A DNA stretch of 52,787 bases from Chrysochromulina tobinii (lineage: Eukaryota), in the NCBI GenBank assembly GCA_001275005.1, contig JWZX01002637.1:1-52787 (forward strand). Direction: 5' to 3'. How positions within the stretch are numbered: position 1 is the stretch's first letter; every line of letters begins with the position of its first letter. Below, piece after piece: positions 21,941 through 33,300 of the stretch. The position numbers and the translations under genes were made by a program. Below the pieces are notes generated by a model that was not told the origin of the DNA, did not search any database, and was given only the letters and a program-made list of their open reading frames with translations.

Positions 21941-24900
21941 ATGTCGACGGCGGCCATCAGTCTGGTGAGCGACGACGAGGGGGATAGCGCCGGCCTCCCA
22001 GCCGCGACTGCTCCGCCGCCCAAGCAGCCGCCGGCTCGCAAGCGTGCGACGGGATCATGCCCAGCAGCGACGAGCGGCAAGAGCAAGGCGGCGGCCGCAA
22101 TAAGGAAGCGTAAGGTGCGCCGTGTGGTCGCTAGCAGCGACGACGATGACGACGACGGCGGCGGCAGTGACTCACCCGACGACGACTCTGGGTCCAGTTA
22201 CAGTGACGAGGCGGCACGAGCCAAGCCTGCCAAGACAGCACGCCAGGCCGCAATGGCGGCGGCTTCAAAGCAGTTTGCCATCAAGGATGACGACGACGGT
22301 GACATGGTCGAGGCGGATGGAGCTGCAGCACCTGCAGCGATGCCAGGTGCGCCTCTCGCGCCTCTCTCGCCGCACGGCGCGCAGGCGCGAACGTCCAATC
22401 GCAGCAGCTGCCGAGCGGGTGCAAAGACGGCGTTGACGGCCGCGGCGGTCGACGACGACGACGGCGGCGGCTGCGGAACGGCTGAGCCCACCGCCGCCGC
22501 CGCCGCTCCCGCGCCTCGCGCGTCGCCCACCGATGCCGCCGTCAAGGCGTACCAGCGCGCCCGCGCGGCATCGGTCAAGCGGTGCGCTTTCGACCTTCGT
22601 TCGCTCTCGAGCGGCAGCATCAACACGGGGCGAACGATCAAGCCTCTCGCCTCGTGGAGTGGCCTGTGGCCGCCTCTGCGCGAGTTCCTCCAGAACACCA
22701 TCGACCACCTCGAGCTCTTCTCGGCTGGGGACCTCCACCCCGCCCTCACCCTCGAGGTGCGTGACGGTGCTCAAGACGGCGCGGGTGGCTCAGCCACCAC
22801 GATCGCCTTCGTGTGCGATGCTGAGGACGTGTGCGTGCTGCGCGTGCGCGCGGACGAGCTCGTCATCGAGCAGCACCACACGTACGCCCTGCACCCGCGT
22901 GCGCTTGACACGGGCGTCATTGACACGACTAAGGGCGGCGACAAGACCGCTGGAGGCTTCGGCGATGGCTTCAAAACGGCGCTGGTTTCCCTCCTCGCAC
23001 TGCCGCACGGTGCATGCCGCGCGCTCGCGTGGGACTTTTTCTGCGGCGGCCGACACGTGCGCTGGGCCTTTGCGGGCGCGCAGCGCGAGGCCGTTGGCAA
23101 CTTCGCGCGCTCGACCGTTCTCGAGGTCACCATCACGAATGAGGCCCAAGCGGACGCAGAGTGCGCTGGCATCGTTGCTCTCCACCATGCAAGGCAGCGC
23201 CTCAAGAGCATACCACACGCCGTCCGACACGAGGTCGTGCCGACACCTTGCGTGCGCGGCGACAACTTCATGGTGCAAACGTACCGCGTCGACGGGATCG
23301 GTGCCGCATTCCTTTCAGATGTGATCACGCGCTTCCAGGTCTTCTGGAGCGTGCCACGCTCGCAGACGCTCTGCATCGCACGTGGCGACTTCCTCGCTTG
23401 TGCCGAGGAGCTGCCGCCCGTGCTTCCGGCGGCCACGCTCGGCGGCACGGGCGGCGGAAGCTGTGAAGCAGTGAAGAAGCAAAGCCAGCACATGCCATGG
23501 GACTGTTCGAACTGCACGTATAAAAACGTCGCCAGCGCACGCCATTGCGAGATGTGTGACGCGCCACGGCCGGGCGGCGGTCCACCGCCCGAACCCGTGA
23601 TTGAAACGGCGGGCTCGAGCAGTCGACTGCGGCATCCGCAGCCGGGCATCTACATTCGTGGGATCTGGGTGCGCAAACCACAGCTCGAGGGGTCGGTCAT
23701 GTCCTTCCTCGGCAGTATGAACGTGTCTGGACGCGACCGGAACGACGTTGACCATGAGGAGCTCGTTGAGGCTACGTTGCACGTACTCCGTGCCACGACA
23801 CACAGCGCGCTGCGCCTGCGCCTTCTCGAGCCGCTCCGGCAGCCCAGGCTGCCGGACACGTGGCTGACGAGGAGCAGCCCCTTCCTCAACCAGCTGCTCG
23901 AGAAAGCGCGAGAGTTCTTCTTATGCGACGTCTTCAGCGTGCCTCGGGACGCCCTCTTTGTCTCGACGCGGACCACCGACTCCATGGACCAGTTCATCCG
24001 GTGGGCCTCTGCCTTCCTCGCACGCCGCGGCGCGCCGCTGCTCCCCCTCGAGCCCAATGCGAACAAGCACTTGTTCCACGAAGTGTCCGAGGCGGAGCTG
24101 AAAGATCGCTGCGTTCAAGAGCTGCTTCGTGACGCCGAGCAGAACGTCGAGCCTCAGGCCAAGCGGCTGCAGAGTGCCTTTGACAAGCTGCTGCGCGCGT
24201 GTGAGGTCAGCAAGCTCACGGTCCACTTCGGCGGCGAGATTGTCGTCGCGTTCATGCATGGCAACCACGCGTTCGTGCCGTTGCAGCCGCTCTCGCGTCG
24301 GCTGATCTTGTTGGTGCTCAGCGTGGTTCAACGCAAGGTCGGGGTCTATGAGGAGGCTTTCACCCACATGACGCAGGCCATCTTCGAGACGATGGCTGCT
24401 GACGAGGCTGTGGACGAGGCGCAGTTGGACGCTGCGATCTCGCGCGCCAAGATCGTGCAGCGTGAGGCAGCCGCCTTTCTGGGCGGTCAAAAGAATGAAA
24501 TTGAAGCCCAGCAGAAGGCGGAGCAAGAGAGGGCGCTGAAGGAGGCGGAGGCTGCCAAGTTGTTGCGGGCCAAGCGCAAGGCCGCGATGGAGCCTGCGGC
24601 CGTGACCGACCTCACGAGCGACGTCGACGAGGCGCCGCCGCCGCCGGATGCCGCGGGTGGCGGCAAGCGCCGGGGCGTGGGTGGCGGAGGCGGCGGCGGA
24701 GGCGGCGGCGCGGGCTCATCGTCGAGCGGGAACGCCGTCCTGGGCGATCAGCAGGCGCAGCTTGCCGATCAAATCGCACAGGTCAATCGGCTGCGCGGGG
24801 TGATTGGCCATAATGAGGTGCTTCCGGCCTCCGCCTTCTTCAACGATGACGGCAGCTCTTTGACAGCAGACGGCTGCGTGCAGTGTCACTCGACGCTCGT

Positions 24901-25450
24901 GCCTACCGCCGTGTGCGAGGGCGCCGGTGGTGGCCGATTGCATGCGGACCGGGGCTCGGCCTCGTACCTGCTCTCGATGCCACCCGATGCGCAGGCGGCG
25001 CTCCGAGGCATCCGTGAGGCCCTCAACCGCGCAAAGCGGCTCGTCGCGCGCGCGCTGCCCTCGGTGCAGCGTCTGCTCGCCGAGGTGGTGTGCGAGGGGT
25101 ACGACGTGGCTAACACCGGCTACCTCGGCTTCTGCACCCAGCGGCAGATCATCATCAACCTGTGCCCACTGCTCCAACGCGCGCTCGGCGCTCAGCTCGG
25201 CGCTCGTCCGCGCGCCAGCGGCGCTTCCGCGGCTGGGGCTCGCCTGCCTGGCCTGCCCGTCGATCTCGCGCACGAGATGCTGCTCACGCTGCTCCATGAG
25301 CTGGCTCACATGCTCGAGCGCGGAGGTGGGCATGGTCCGGGGTGGCGTGCCACGCAGGATCGGCTGACGCAGGCGGTGATGGCCCACGCATTCGCGACCA
25401 TAGGTGACGATGGCGTGGCGCTCTGCTGCAAGTGCTGCGACGCAGAGTGA
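21941..25450 (+). CDS. Multidomain protein: GHKL (HATPase_c-like) ATPase + RanBP2/NZF zinc finger + transducer-like region + coiled coil + C-terminal HExxH zinc metalloprotease
   Basis: N-box 'LREFLQNTIDH' (~22676); G-box 'TTKGGDKTAGGFGDGFKTAL' (~22952); 'WDCSNCTYKNVASARHCEMCDAPRP' (~23498); 'GIYIRGIWV...NVSGRDRNDVD'; 'LLTLLHELAHMLERGGGHGPGW' (~25295). Intronless ORF of about 1170 aa. Confidence 0.8.
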   Translation: MSTAAISLVSDDEGDSAGLPAATAPPPKQPPARKRATGSCPAATSGKSKAAAAIRKRKVRRVVASSDDDDDDGGGSDSPDDDSGSSYSDEAARAKPAKTARQAAMAAASKQFAIKDDDDGDMVEADGAAAPAAMPGAPLAPLSPHGAQARTSNRSSCRAGAKTALTAAAVDDDDGGGCGTAEPTAAAAAPAPRASPTDAAVKAYQRARAASVKRCAFDLRSLSSGSINTGRTIKPLASWSGLWPPLREFLQNTIDHLELFSAGDLHPALTLEVRDGAQDGAGGSATTIAFVCDAEDVCVLRVRADELVIEQHHTYALHPRALDTGVIDTTKGGDKTAGGFGDGFKTALVSLLALPHGACRALAWDFFCGGRHVRWAFAGAQREAVGNFARSTVLEVTITNEAQADAECAGIVALHHARQRLKSIPHAVRHEVVPTPCVRGDNFMVQTYRVDGIGAAFLSDVITRFQVFWSVPRSQTLCIARGDFLACAEELPPVLPAATLGGTGGGSCEAVKKQSQHMPWDCSNCTYKNVASARHCEMCDAPRPGGGPPPEPVIETAGSSSRLRHPQPGIYIRGIWVRKPQLEGSVMSFLGSMNVSGRDRNDVDHEELVEATLHVLRATTHSALRLRLLEPLRQPRLPDTWLTRSSPFLNQLLEKAREFFLCDVFSVPRDALFVSTRTTDSMDQFIRWASAFLARRGAPLLPLEPNANKHLFHEVSEAELKDRCVQELLRDAEQNVEPQAKRLQSAFDKLLRACEVSKLTVHFGGEIVVAFMHGNHAFVPLQPLSRRLILLVLSVVQRKVGVYEEAFTHMTQAIFETMAADEAVDEAQLDAAISRAKIVQREAAAFLGGQKNEIEAQQKAEQERALKEAEAAKLLRAKRKAAMEPAAVTDLTSDVDEAPPPPDAAGGGKRRGVGGGGGGGGGGAGSSSSGNAVLGDQQAQLADQIAQVNRLRGVIGHNEVLPASAFFNDDGSSLTADGCVQCHSTLVPTAVCEGAGGGRLHADRGSASYLLSMPPDAQAALRGIREALNRAKRLVARALPSVQRLLAEVVCEGYDVANTGYLGFCTQRQIIINLCPLLQRALGAQLGARPRASGASAAGARLPGLPVDLAHEMLLTLLHELAHMLERGGGHGPGWRATQDRLTQAVMAHAFATIGDDGVALCCKCCDAE

Positions 25451-25810
25451 GGAGCAGAGTGGGCGGGCGGAGCGCATCGAGGATTTGAGAGGATTAGGTG
25501 AAATGGATTGGTGAAACCCATGTATGTCACTCAATGGAATACTTTGTGTAATCGACAGACTCAGTCTCGCATTTGTGGATCGTCTCTAGTCAGACTCTGT
25601 GCGTGTGATAGTGATGAGGCACCCGAAAATCTCATCTACCGAAAACCTTCTCTACCGAAGAGAGACTACCCCACGCTGCTCACTCTCTCGACACCCGAAG
25701 ACAGCGTAGGGATGGAGTGTTGTTATTGCATGTCCCCTGTTCAAGCCGCTCGCGTTTTGAAAAGCTGGGCGTCAAGTGTGAATATTATTGGCGAGGACGC
25801 GAGAACGCGA

Positions 25811-26689
25811 ATGATGTGGCCGGATACTGATGGCGTCCTGCTGCGCTGCCCGCTCTGCGCGCAGAACGTTGTCGTCGCCTCGGAAGCAGAGTGCGAGGCG
25901 CACATTGCAAACTGCAAGGGCTTCCATTCAGAGTTCGGCCCTGGCACTTTACGCTCGGGGCTCGTAACGGGCTTCGAGGATGCAACATCAGCGGTGCCTG
26001 CGCCGCCAGCTCGAGCACCCGAGCCTTTGGGTTCGGACGAGCGAATGGAGAAGATCGCAGAGGCGCTGGCGCCTCTCGTGCCAGTCGCACGCGCCGAGAG
26101 CTCAGCTCACACCTTGGAGGAGGCAGTGGATCTCGTCGCCCATCTTGCAGCGGCGCTTGTGTCCTCCGCTGGTGAGGGTACGGATGAGGATTTTGGGATC
26201 GAGGAATTGGTGAGCGTGACCCTTGGCCCGTTTATAGCGCCACTCGGCGAGCAGCAGGCCAAGCATGTGCTCGGCGGCATCACCGCCGCGCTGGCAGCAT
26301 GCCAAGGAGCACCGAGTGGCTCCGTGGGCATGGGTGCTGGTGCTGCTCTGTCAGAATCGCTTCGACGCTCTCTGTTGAGACGCCACGCGCCGCCCAAGCC
26401 GCTGCCGCCGCCGGCGGCGACGACGACAGCGGCGGGGGCGGGGGCGGGGGCGGCGGGGGCGGCGGCCGTTGCCGAGCCTGGATGGCACCCTGGCGCGCGC
26501 GTATCGATCTTCGGCTTGACGAAGGCGGCGCAGCACAATGGCAAGTATGGTAGGCTGAGCGCACGTGCCCCGCCCTCGGGTGGTGGCGAGGGGCGACGGC
26601 TGGGCGTGGAGCTCGAGGAGGGTGGGACCGTGATCTCGGTGCGTTGTGAGAACCTGGTGCTTGCGCCAGTCCCAGTGGAAGGTCTATAA
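25811..26689 (+). CDS. Hypothetical protein with an N-terminal C2HC (UBZ-like) zinc finger and a C-terminal small beta-barrel (SH3/KOW-like) motif
   Basis: 'RCPLCAQNVVVASEAECEAHIANC' and 'PGARVSIFGLTKAAQHNGKYGRL...RLGVELEEGGTVISVRCENL'. Start codon uncertain (ORF open from 25508). Confidence 0.6.
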   Translation: MMWPDTDGVLLRCPLCAQNVVVASEAECEAHIANCKGFHSEFGPGTLRSGLVTGFEDATSAVPAPPARAPEPLGSDERMEKIAEALAPLVPVARAESSAHTLEEAVDLVAHLAAALVSSAGEGTDEDFGIEELVSVTLGPFIAPLGEQQAKHVLGGITAALAACQGAPSGSVGMGAGAALSESLRRSLLRRHAPPKPLPPPAATTTAAGAGAGAAGAAAVAEPGWHPGARVSIFGLTKAAQHNGKYGRLSARAPPSGGGEGRRLGVELEEGGTVISVRCENLVLAPVPVEGL

Positions 26690-27305
26690 CCTTTTATGTG
26701 TCTCCGGGGGACACACGGGGGGCGGCCGTTTGAATCCGACATATAGTGAGCGAGTTGCGTCTTGCGTGTGGAGCCGAGCCACTGGCGCGCGTGGGCGGAG
26801 CCGCAGTCGCGCCGGATTCCCGATTTATTCTAGCAAACGAAAAGGCCTGACGTGATGGAGATCAGATGCCCATAGAATAAGGCGCTTATAGGCCGGGCGC
26901 AACGAGCATAAATCGTACAACACGCTATTCATCTCAACTCAGTTCATCAAGTGTGCACTACTGTTGTTTGCTTTTCCTTATTGGTGACGTGACGGGACCA
27001 ACGCAACATCATGTTCATGACCAACAATCATGTACTTGTACCTAGAAGTACACGCACGCACCCTAGGGCCTCACTTGGAGAACCCTGCAAGTGCACACAC
27101 AGCTCACAGGCGACTGCGTGGCACTACACCACCCCACGGCCTTCGGCCGCAGTCACGTCTCATTCCTCTCAAGTCGAGTCCCTTGAGCCGTGTGCTACAT
27201 GCAACACAAAAGATGGTCAACGTCCACGCCCCCGGCGCCTCTACTCACTCCTGCCTGTGAACCGCGGATCGCCCCAAGGACGCCCCAAGATGCACGCGCG
27301 TACCC

Positions 27306-30300
27306 CTACTCCTCGTCCTCGTCCTCAACGTCGTCCTCAACGTCGTCCTCAACGTCGTCCTCATCCTCGACTTCCTCCTCCTCGTCTCCTTCTCGATCTT
27401 CGTCTTCCCCCTCCCCCTCAGCCTCCTCCTCGTCGTCGTCGTCCTCCTCCTCCTCAACCTCCATGTCATCCTCGCCCTCGTCCTCGTCCTCGCCTTCGCC
27501 CTCGCCCTCCTCCTCCTCCTCGCCCTCCTCCTCCTCGCCCTCCTCCTCCTCGCCCTCCTCCTCCACCGCGCCATCTTCATCCTCGCCCTCCGCCTCCACC
27601 CCGCCATCTACATCGTCCACCTCTGCGCCCGCGTCGCTGCCAACTCGCCCGAGCCTCTCGAGCCGCCGGCGCGCTCGCGTGGCGCGCTCAAACGCCACAA
27701 CGGCTCTGTCGGGGCCGGCGGCCCCGCCCTCCTCAGCGCCCGTTCTCGTCAGCTTCGCGCACGCCGCATCCACATCACCGCCGAATGCATGCAGAGCCGT
27801 CAACGCACGCTCCAAGGCACTCGGCTTGAGCTGGCCGCCAGGCGCCGTGCAGCCGGGGTCCATGAGCATCGCCGCACGCTCCAGAAAGCCATCGAGTTTG
27901 GCGTCCGTGTGGACGGAACCGCCTAGCCCACGTGGCGTCCAGAGCAACTCGTCACCACGCTCCTCGCTCATCCGCTGCCCAGAGTCCCCCGGCATGGCCG
28001 CTTGAAAGTCGTCGCCCACGCGTGACTCCTCGTGCACCCAGATGTCCGTGTCCATGATGCGCCTCGCAACCTGGATCTTGTTGCGACTCTGAAGGCTGTC
28101 CATGAGATCCTGGTCCCGTTCCCATTGTTCGCGCTCCTTCAACTTGCGCTCGTGCTCAATCACACTCTGCACGCGCTTGCGCTGCATCTCTATCTCGAGC
28201 ACGCCCCGACCGAACATGCGCTCCTGCTCCGACAGCAGAGGCTGCACGTACTTACCTGGCGTCTTGAGCGTGCGACCCGTCCGCCCCGAGACACGCGCCA
28301 CCTCTACCTCCAGCAGGGGATCGAAGCCGTCCGCCCTCCACCTCCGCTCCCCGCCCCCTGAGGTGCCCGCCTCCCGGACTGCCGAGATGGGCTTCGAGGG
28401 CTTCGAGGGCTTGAGGATCGATCTCGACGGCTTGAGCTGCGATCTCGAGGGCTTGAGGAGCGATCTCGATGCCTCGAGCTGCGATCTCGACGGCTTGAGC
28501 TGCTTCGAGGGCTTGAGGAGATGCTTGTTGAACTTCTTCTCCTCTTTTGGAGTCCATCCCGTCAGCTTCTTCTTGTCCCAAGGCTTCATTTGCTGCTTCG
28601 GTGACGGCGAAAGTCGTCGGGGAAGTGCCTGCGGAACCGCCTTTGCGCTCGCTCGAGCTGCGCTCGGGACCACTGTCACCGAGGCGCGTGCTGCTGCCCC
28701 CGGCGTGGCGGTAGGTGCTGGAGGGGCCAGGCCCGCAATCGAGCGACCAGCGCCCACTGGATCTGGTGATTCCTCAAAGAAGCAATCGATGCCGCAGCGC
28801 ACGCAGTTGCTGCATCGCCCCTCCGAGTCGTCGCACGGGCGGCATGGCGCCTTCATGTGACGGCAGGCCATGCATGCGCCCGCTTGCAGCTCGGGCGCAT
28901 GGGCGCTTGGCTTGGGGCGCTTTGCTGCCGGGCCAGCGGGCTCGCCTTCCTTCGGGCGCAAGATGCTCTCCGCGTCCTTGCAGAGTCGCCCTACGTCCCG
29001 GTCGTCGCAGTCCCATAGCTCAGGCGCCGTCAACTTGGACGCGCAGAGCGCCGCAAGGTGAGCCAGCGCCACGGCCGCCTCAACTGCCGTCGGGTAACGC
29101 CCCAGCAGGATGCTGCGAGCGCTTACGTCCTCGCTGGATGTTGAGGATGGCTTCGCATGCATCTTGCGACGGGCGGGCGTCGTCGTCATTCCCGAGACGA
29201 CCGCACAGCACTCGACGTGCGCGTTACGGATGGCCTTCGAGCCGTGGACGAAACACTTGCCACAGTGTGGGCATGGTGCCTGCTCGTTCGGGGATTTAGA
29301 GCCGCCGTCGCCCCCGCCATCGCCGCTCCCACCGCCACTTCCGAGCCGGCTGCTCGATCGCTCGCCGGCAGGCTTGAGCTCCGCGGCTGCCGTCTTCGCT
29401 GCCGAGGAGCCGGGCTCGTCGGAGGCCTCGTCGAGGCGCACGAAGGCCAGGAACGAACGCAGAACGTTGGAGTACTGCACGCCGTAATAGCCCGTCTTCG
29501 ACCCAGGATCCATGCGCAGCTCGAAACCATCAACATGCGAGGCAAGCTTGTCCGGGCCACGGAAACCGTCAGCAAGCGTGTCAAGCTCACCCGAGGCACG
29601 TGATGGCTGCAGCAGCGACCGATGCAGACACCCCTTCGAGGTAGCTTCGTCACGCATCGACGGCATCGGAGCATTTGAGGTCAGTTGAAAGGATTTGCGC
29701 GCGGTGGGAGCGCCGGTCATCAACGATTGGAGCTGCGGCTGCGTGAAGTCCTCCACTTGCAATCGCCGCTTTCTGACTTCAGATCGTTCCTTGCGCTCCC
29801 CAGGCTCTGGCACGTGCGGAAGTTGATGCTGCGTTGGCGGCGGCGCCCTTGCCGAAGGCTGTTCGAAAAGCTTGAAGCTGACTGAGCCTGAACCAACGAC
29901 AAAAGAACGAACGCCGCCAAATGAGACTGCCGCGGGCGCACGCGCTGGAGGTGGCACGTTTGTAGACTGGCTTGAACGTGACTCGAGTTCGCCATGTGCG
30001 AATGGCTTGAAAGTGACCGTGCCAGATTCCATGACGAAAGAACCAACGTGTCCTAGTGTGACTTCGGTGGCTGCGGCCACAAGCTCTCGTGGCCGTGCCT
30101 TGGATGGCGCCGGAGGTCGCGGCGCTGGTGGCAGCATGCTCGTTGGCGCCGGAGGTCGCGGCGCTGGTGGCAGCATGCTCGTTGGCGCCGGAGGTCGCGG
30201 CGCTGGTGGCAGCATGCTCGTTGGCGCCGGAGGTCGCGGCGCTGGTGGCAGCATGCTCGTTGGCGCCGGAGGTCGCGGCGCTGGTGGCAGCATGCTGGTT

Positions 30301-33300
30301 GGCGCCGGAGGTCGCGGCGCTGGTGGCAGCATGCTGGTTGGCGCCGGAGCTCGCGGCGCTGGTGGCAGCTTGCTCGTTGGCTCTTGAGGCTGCCATGAGA
30401 GCGGCATGCTCAATGGCTCTTGAGGCTGCCATGAGAGCGGCATGCTCAATGGCAATGAAGATGACGGCCGTTTGATGGCGATGTGCTTCAGGTAACACTT
30501 GGAAGCCTCCTCCTGCGTCTCGAACATACCCAAGCAGCGAGCTGTGCCGTTCTCGCTTACATGTGCCGCGTACATGTCCTTAACTTTCGTCACGCCCTTG
30601 AAGAAGGTCTCCGAAACGGCTAGGTCTGCCACTACCGCTGCGGCCGCCAACGGACGAGCCTGCCAATGTTCGTTGACGCTGATGCGCGGCATGATCGGCT
30701 GATGGACCTCTGAACTCGCGGCCGCGGCCTCCACCGTCGCCATGTGCCCCGAAAGAACCTGCCGCGAATAATACGCCGCGAAGCTTTCAGCCGCTGGCGG
30801 CACGCTTGGCGCACTTGTAGGCAGCTTCATCATGAATACGTTGGGTTCCGAGGCGGCGGGAAGTGTCACGGCGCCGTACTGGGCGAGCGTCTGCTTCTCC
30901 AACTTCTTGCGCTCCTCCCCCGCCGCGGCCGGGCTGGCTTCATCCGCTTCAAATGACGCCCTCGCGTAGCATGAGAGCGCCTCTTCTAATGTCTCTTTGC
31001 AAGAAAGCGCCTCGTCTAATGTCTCGAAGTTGAAGCCTGTCTTACACGTACTTGACGGCACGAGCTCGAGCCCCTGGGGCGCCGCCGCGGGCGCCCTGGC
31101 CTCGTCTGCGGTGAGCACGGGCTTCTCCTGCGGCAACTGCTCGCTCGACCGCAAGGAAAGGTCCAGCTCAACCGCAGCGAGCGGACGCTGCGCATCAATG
31201 TCCAAAGCGCTGTGTTGAGCACCCCCAACGTCCAAGGGCTGCTGCGCTTCGGTCCCCACTATGTGAGGCTCCTGCTTCTCCTTGAACGAGAGCGCCAGAT
31301 GAGGCACCAGACAAGGCTCTTGGGGATCGGCGGCGAGAGGCAACATCAAGGTCGGCCGAACTGCTGGCGTGAGCGCTTCCGCTGGCGTGGGTGCCGCAGC
31401 CGCTACGTGTGCCGCAGCTGGCACGAACACTGCAGCTGATGCACGTGCTGGCGCGAACACTGCAGCTGATGCAGGTGCAGCATCTGATGCGCAGGGAGAC
31501 ACGGGTAACGATGTCAATTCCGAGACCACGAGCCCCTTCTCGATTGATGCCCCTGCTGCGCCATCATAGATCACCACGCCTTCGTCACTGGCATGCTGAC
31601 CTCTTGGCATGCGCGACATCGGCTCTAACATCGGCTCCTGGATAGAGATGTCGAACTCTCGAGCTGCCGGAGTCTGGTCGAGTCTGGTCGAGTCTGGTCG
31701 AGTCGGGTCGAGGCCGATGCACGTGGCGCCCGTCACGGCGCCATCCGTCACTCGATCTGGCGTCGGAATCGATTTGGCGACGTCGGTCGCTGCCGGTGCC
31801 GGTGCCGGCACCGCAAAGTGGCGCCGCCAAATCGAGTGGCGGACGGCTTCATACGACGGGGCTGCCAATGGCTTGGCTTTCTCCACGTGTTTGGCGACTT
31901 CCTCTGCGAGCGGGCTGTCCCGTAGGACGGCCGAGAGCACTCGGCCTTCCACCGTGAACACTCGACCTTTCAGGATGCGCGCGTCAAACTTGGGCCCTAG
32001 AAGCGGCGCCGTGGCGCTGAGCGCACCCTGCACCTCCGCTCGCACCTGCTGATGGCGGGCCACTTCCGGTGCTGTGGCCATCGTCGCGTCTTCTCCACGT
32101 CCAATGGCCGGTGCTGCGGCCATCGTCGCGTCTTCTCCACGTCCAATGGTCTCCTGCACCGCCTTCGTCAGAAGAGAGCGTTCGCCGCCGCCCATGCTCT
32201 GCACCGCTGCCCCCTGCACCGTACTCGTCTGCGGCCGCGATGGCACATAAGAAGAAGCATCACTGTAATGCTTCTTCTTATCACTGCTATGCTTCTTCAT
32301 ATGTGCCCCTAGTCCCATCAGACCTTTGCACAACTTGCCGCATTCGCGGCATGCAATGTAGCCGTTTTCTTCGCAGCGGCGCCCTCCTGGACGTTGGGCA
32401 AGGGTGTCCTCCTCAGCATCCTCGTCAGCGTCTTCCTCGGCGCCTTCCTTGGCATCATCTGCCTCCGATTCATCCTTGTCGTCCTCGTCGTCCTCGTCGA
32501 CCTCATCTTCATTCTCCTCCCCCTCGTCCTCGTCCTCGTCCTCGTCCTTCTCCTCCTCCTCCTCCTCCCCCCACTCCTCCTCCTCCTCCCCCTCGTCCTC
32601 CTCCCCGTCCAATGTTGCCTTCGTGTCGCATATCTTGGGCCGCTTGGCCTGAGGCCCGCTTCTCCAACTGCCCGGCCCGGCGCTTCTCCAGCTGCCCCCT
32701 TCCAAGGTCTCAAGCCTCTGAGCGATCTCGAGAGCCTCTTCCAGCACCGCCATTGCCTCGGCCTCCTTAGAGGCCTCGTCCTGAGCATTGCCCGGCTCAA
32801 CGGCCTCCGCCGCGGCCTCCATAGGGCCTCCACGCCAATGCACTGGCGCCTCTTGCACCTCGACCGTCTCATTTGTGGGATTGGGTTGAACCATCTGCCT
32901 GCACACGCGGTGGATGCAGCGCTGCTTCTTGACGCCAGGGCCGCCAAACTTCCGCTTGTCCTTGCAGTTGGCACACTTGCCACAGTTGGGCCGAAGGCAC
33001 GCAGGGCACTCTCGGCATGCGGTTGCATTAACCTTTGCACCAGACCGAGCGGAGTGCCCTTCATTTCCTGACCAGACAAAGCGTGGCGGTGGCGCCTGCG
33101 GCGCTTGCGGCGGTCGCGGGGACGTTCGCGCTCTTGCCGGTGGAGGTGGCCCTCTTGGACCTCCAGCTGCTTTACCAGCTGCTGCCTCTCGAGGCGTTGG
33201 TCGCGGTTCGAGGGCATGGTCTTGGCTGCGCTCGTGAACCTCTCGCTTGTGATCTCCATGCCCGGGAAAGGAAGGGAAGCGACACGCCCTGAGCTCGCAA

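Noticed and set aside
31664..31736. GAGTCTGGTC x3 repeat as part of an intron in the large chromatin gene
   Set aside because: The obvious GT...AG pair gives 73 nt, which would break an otherwise open 2.1-kaa frame; unresolved without RNA data.
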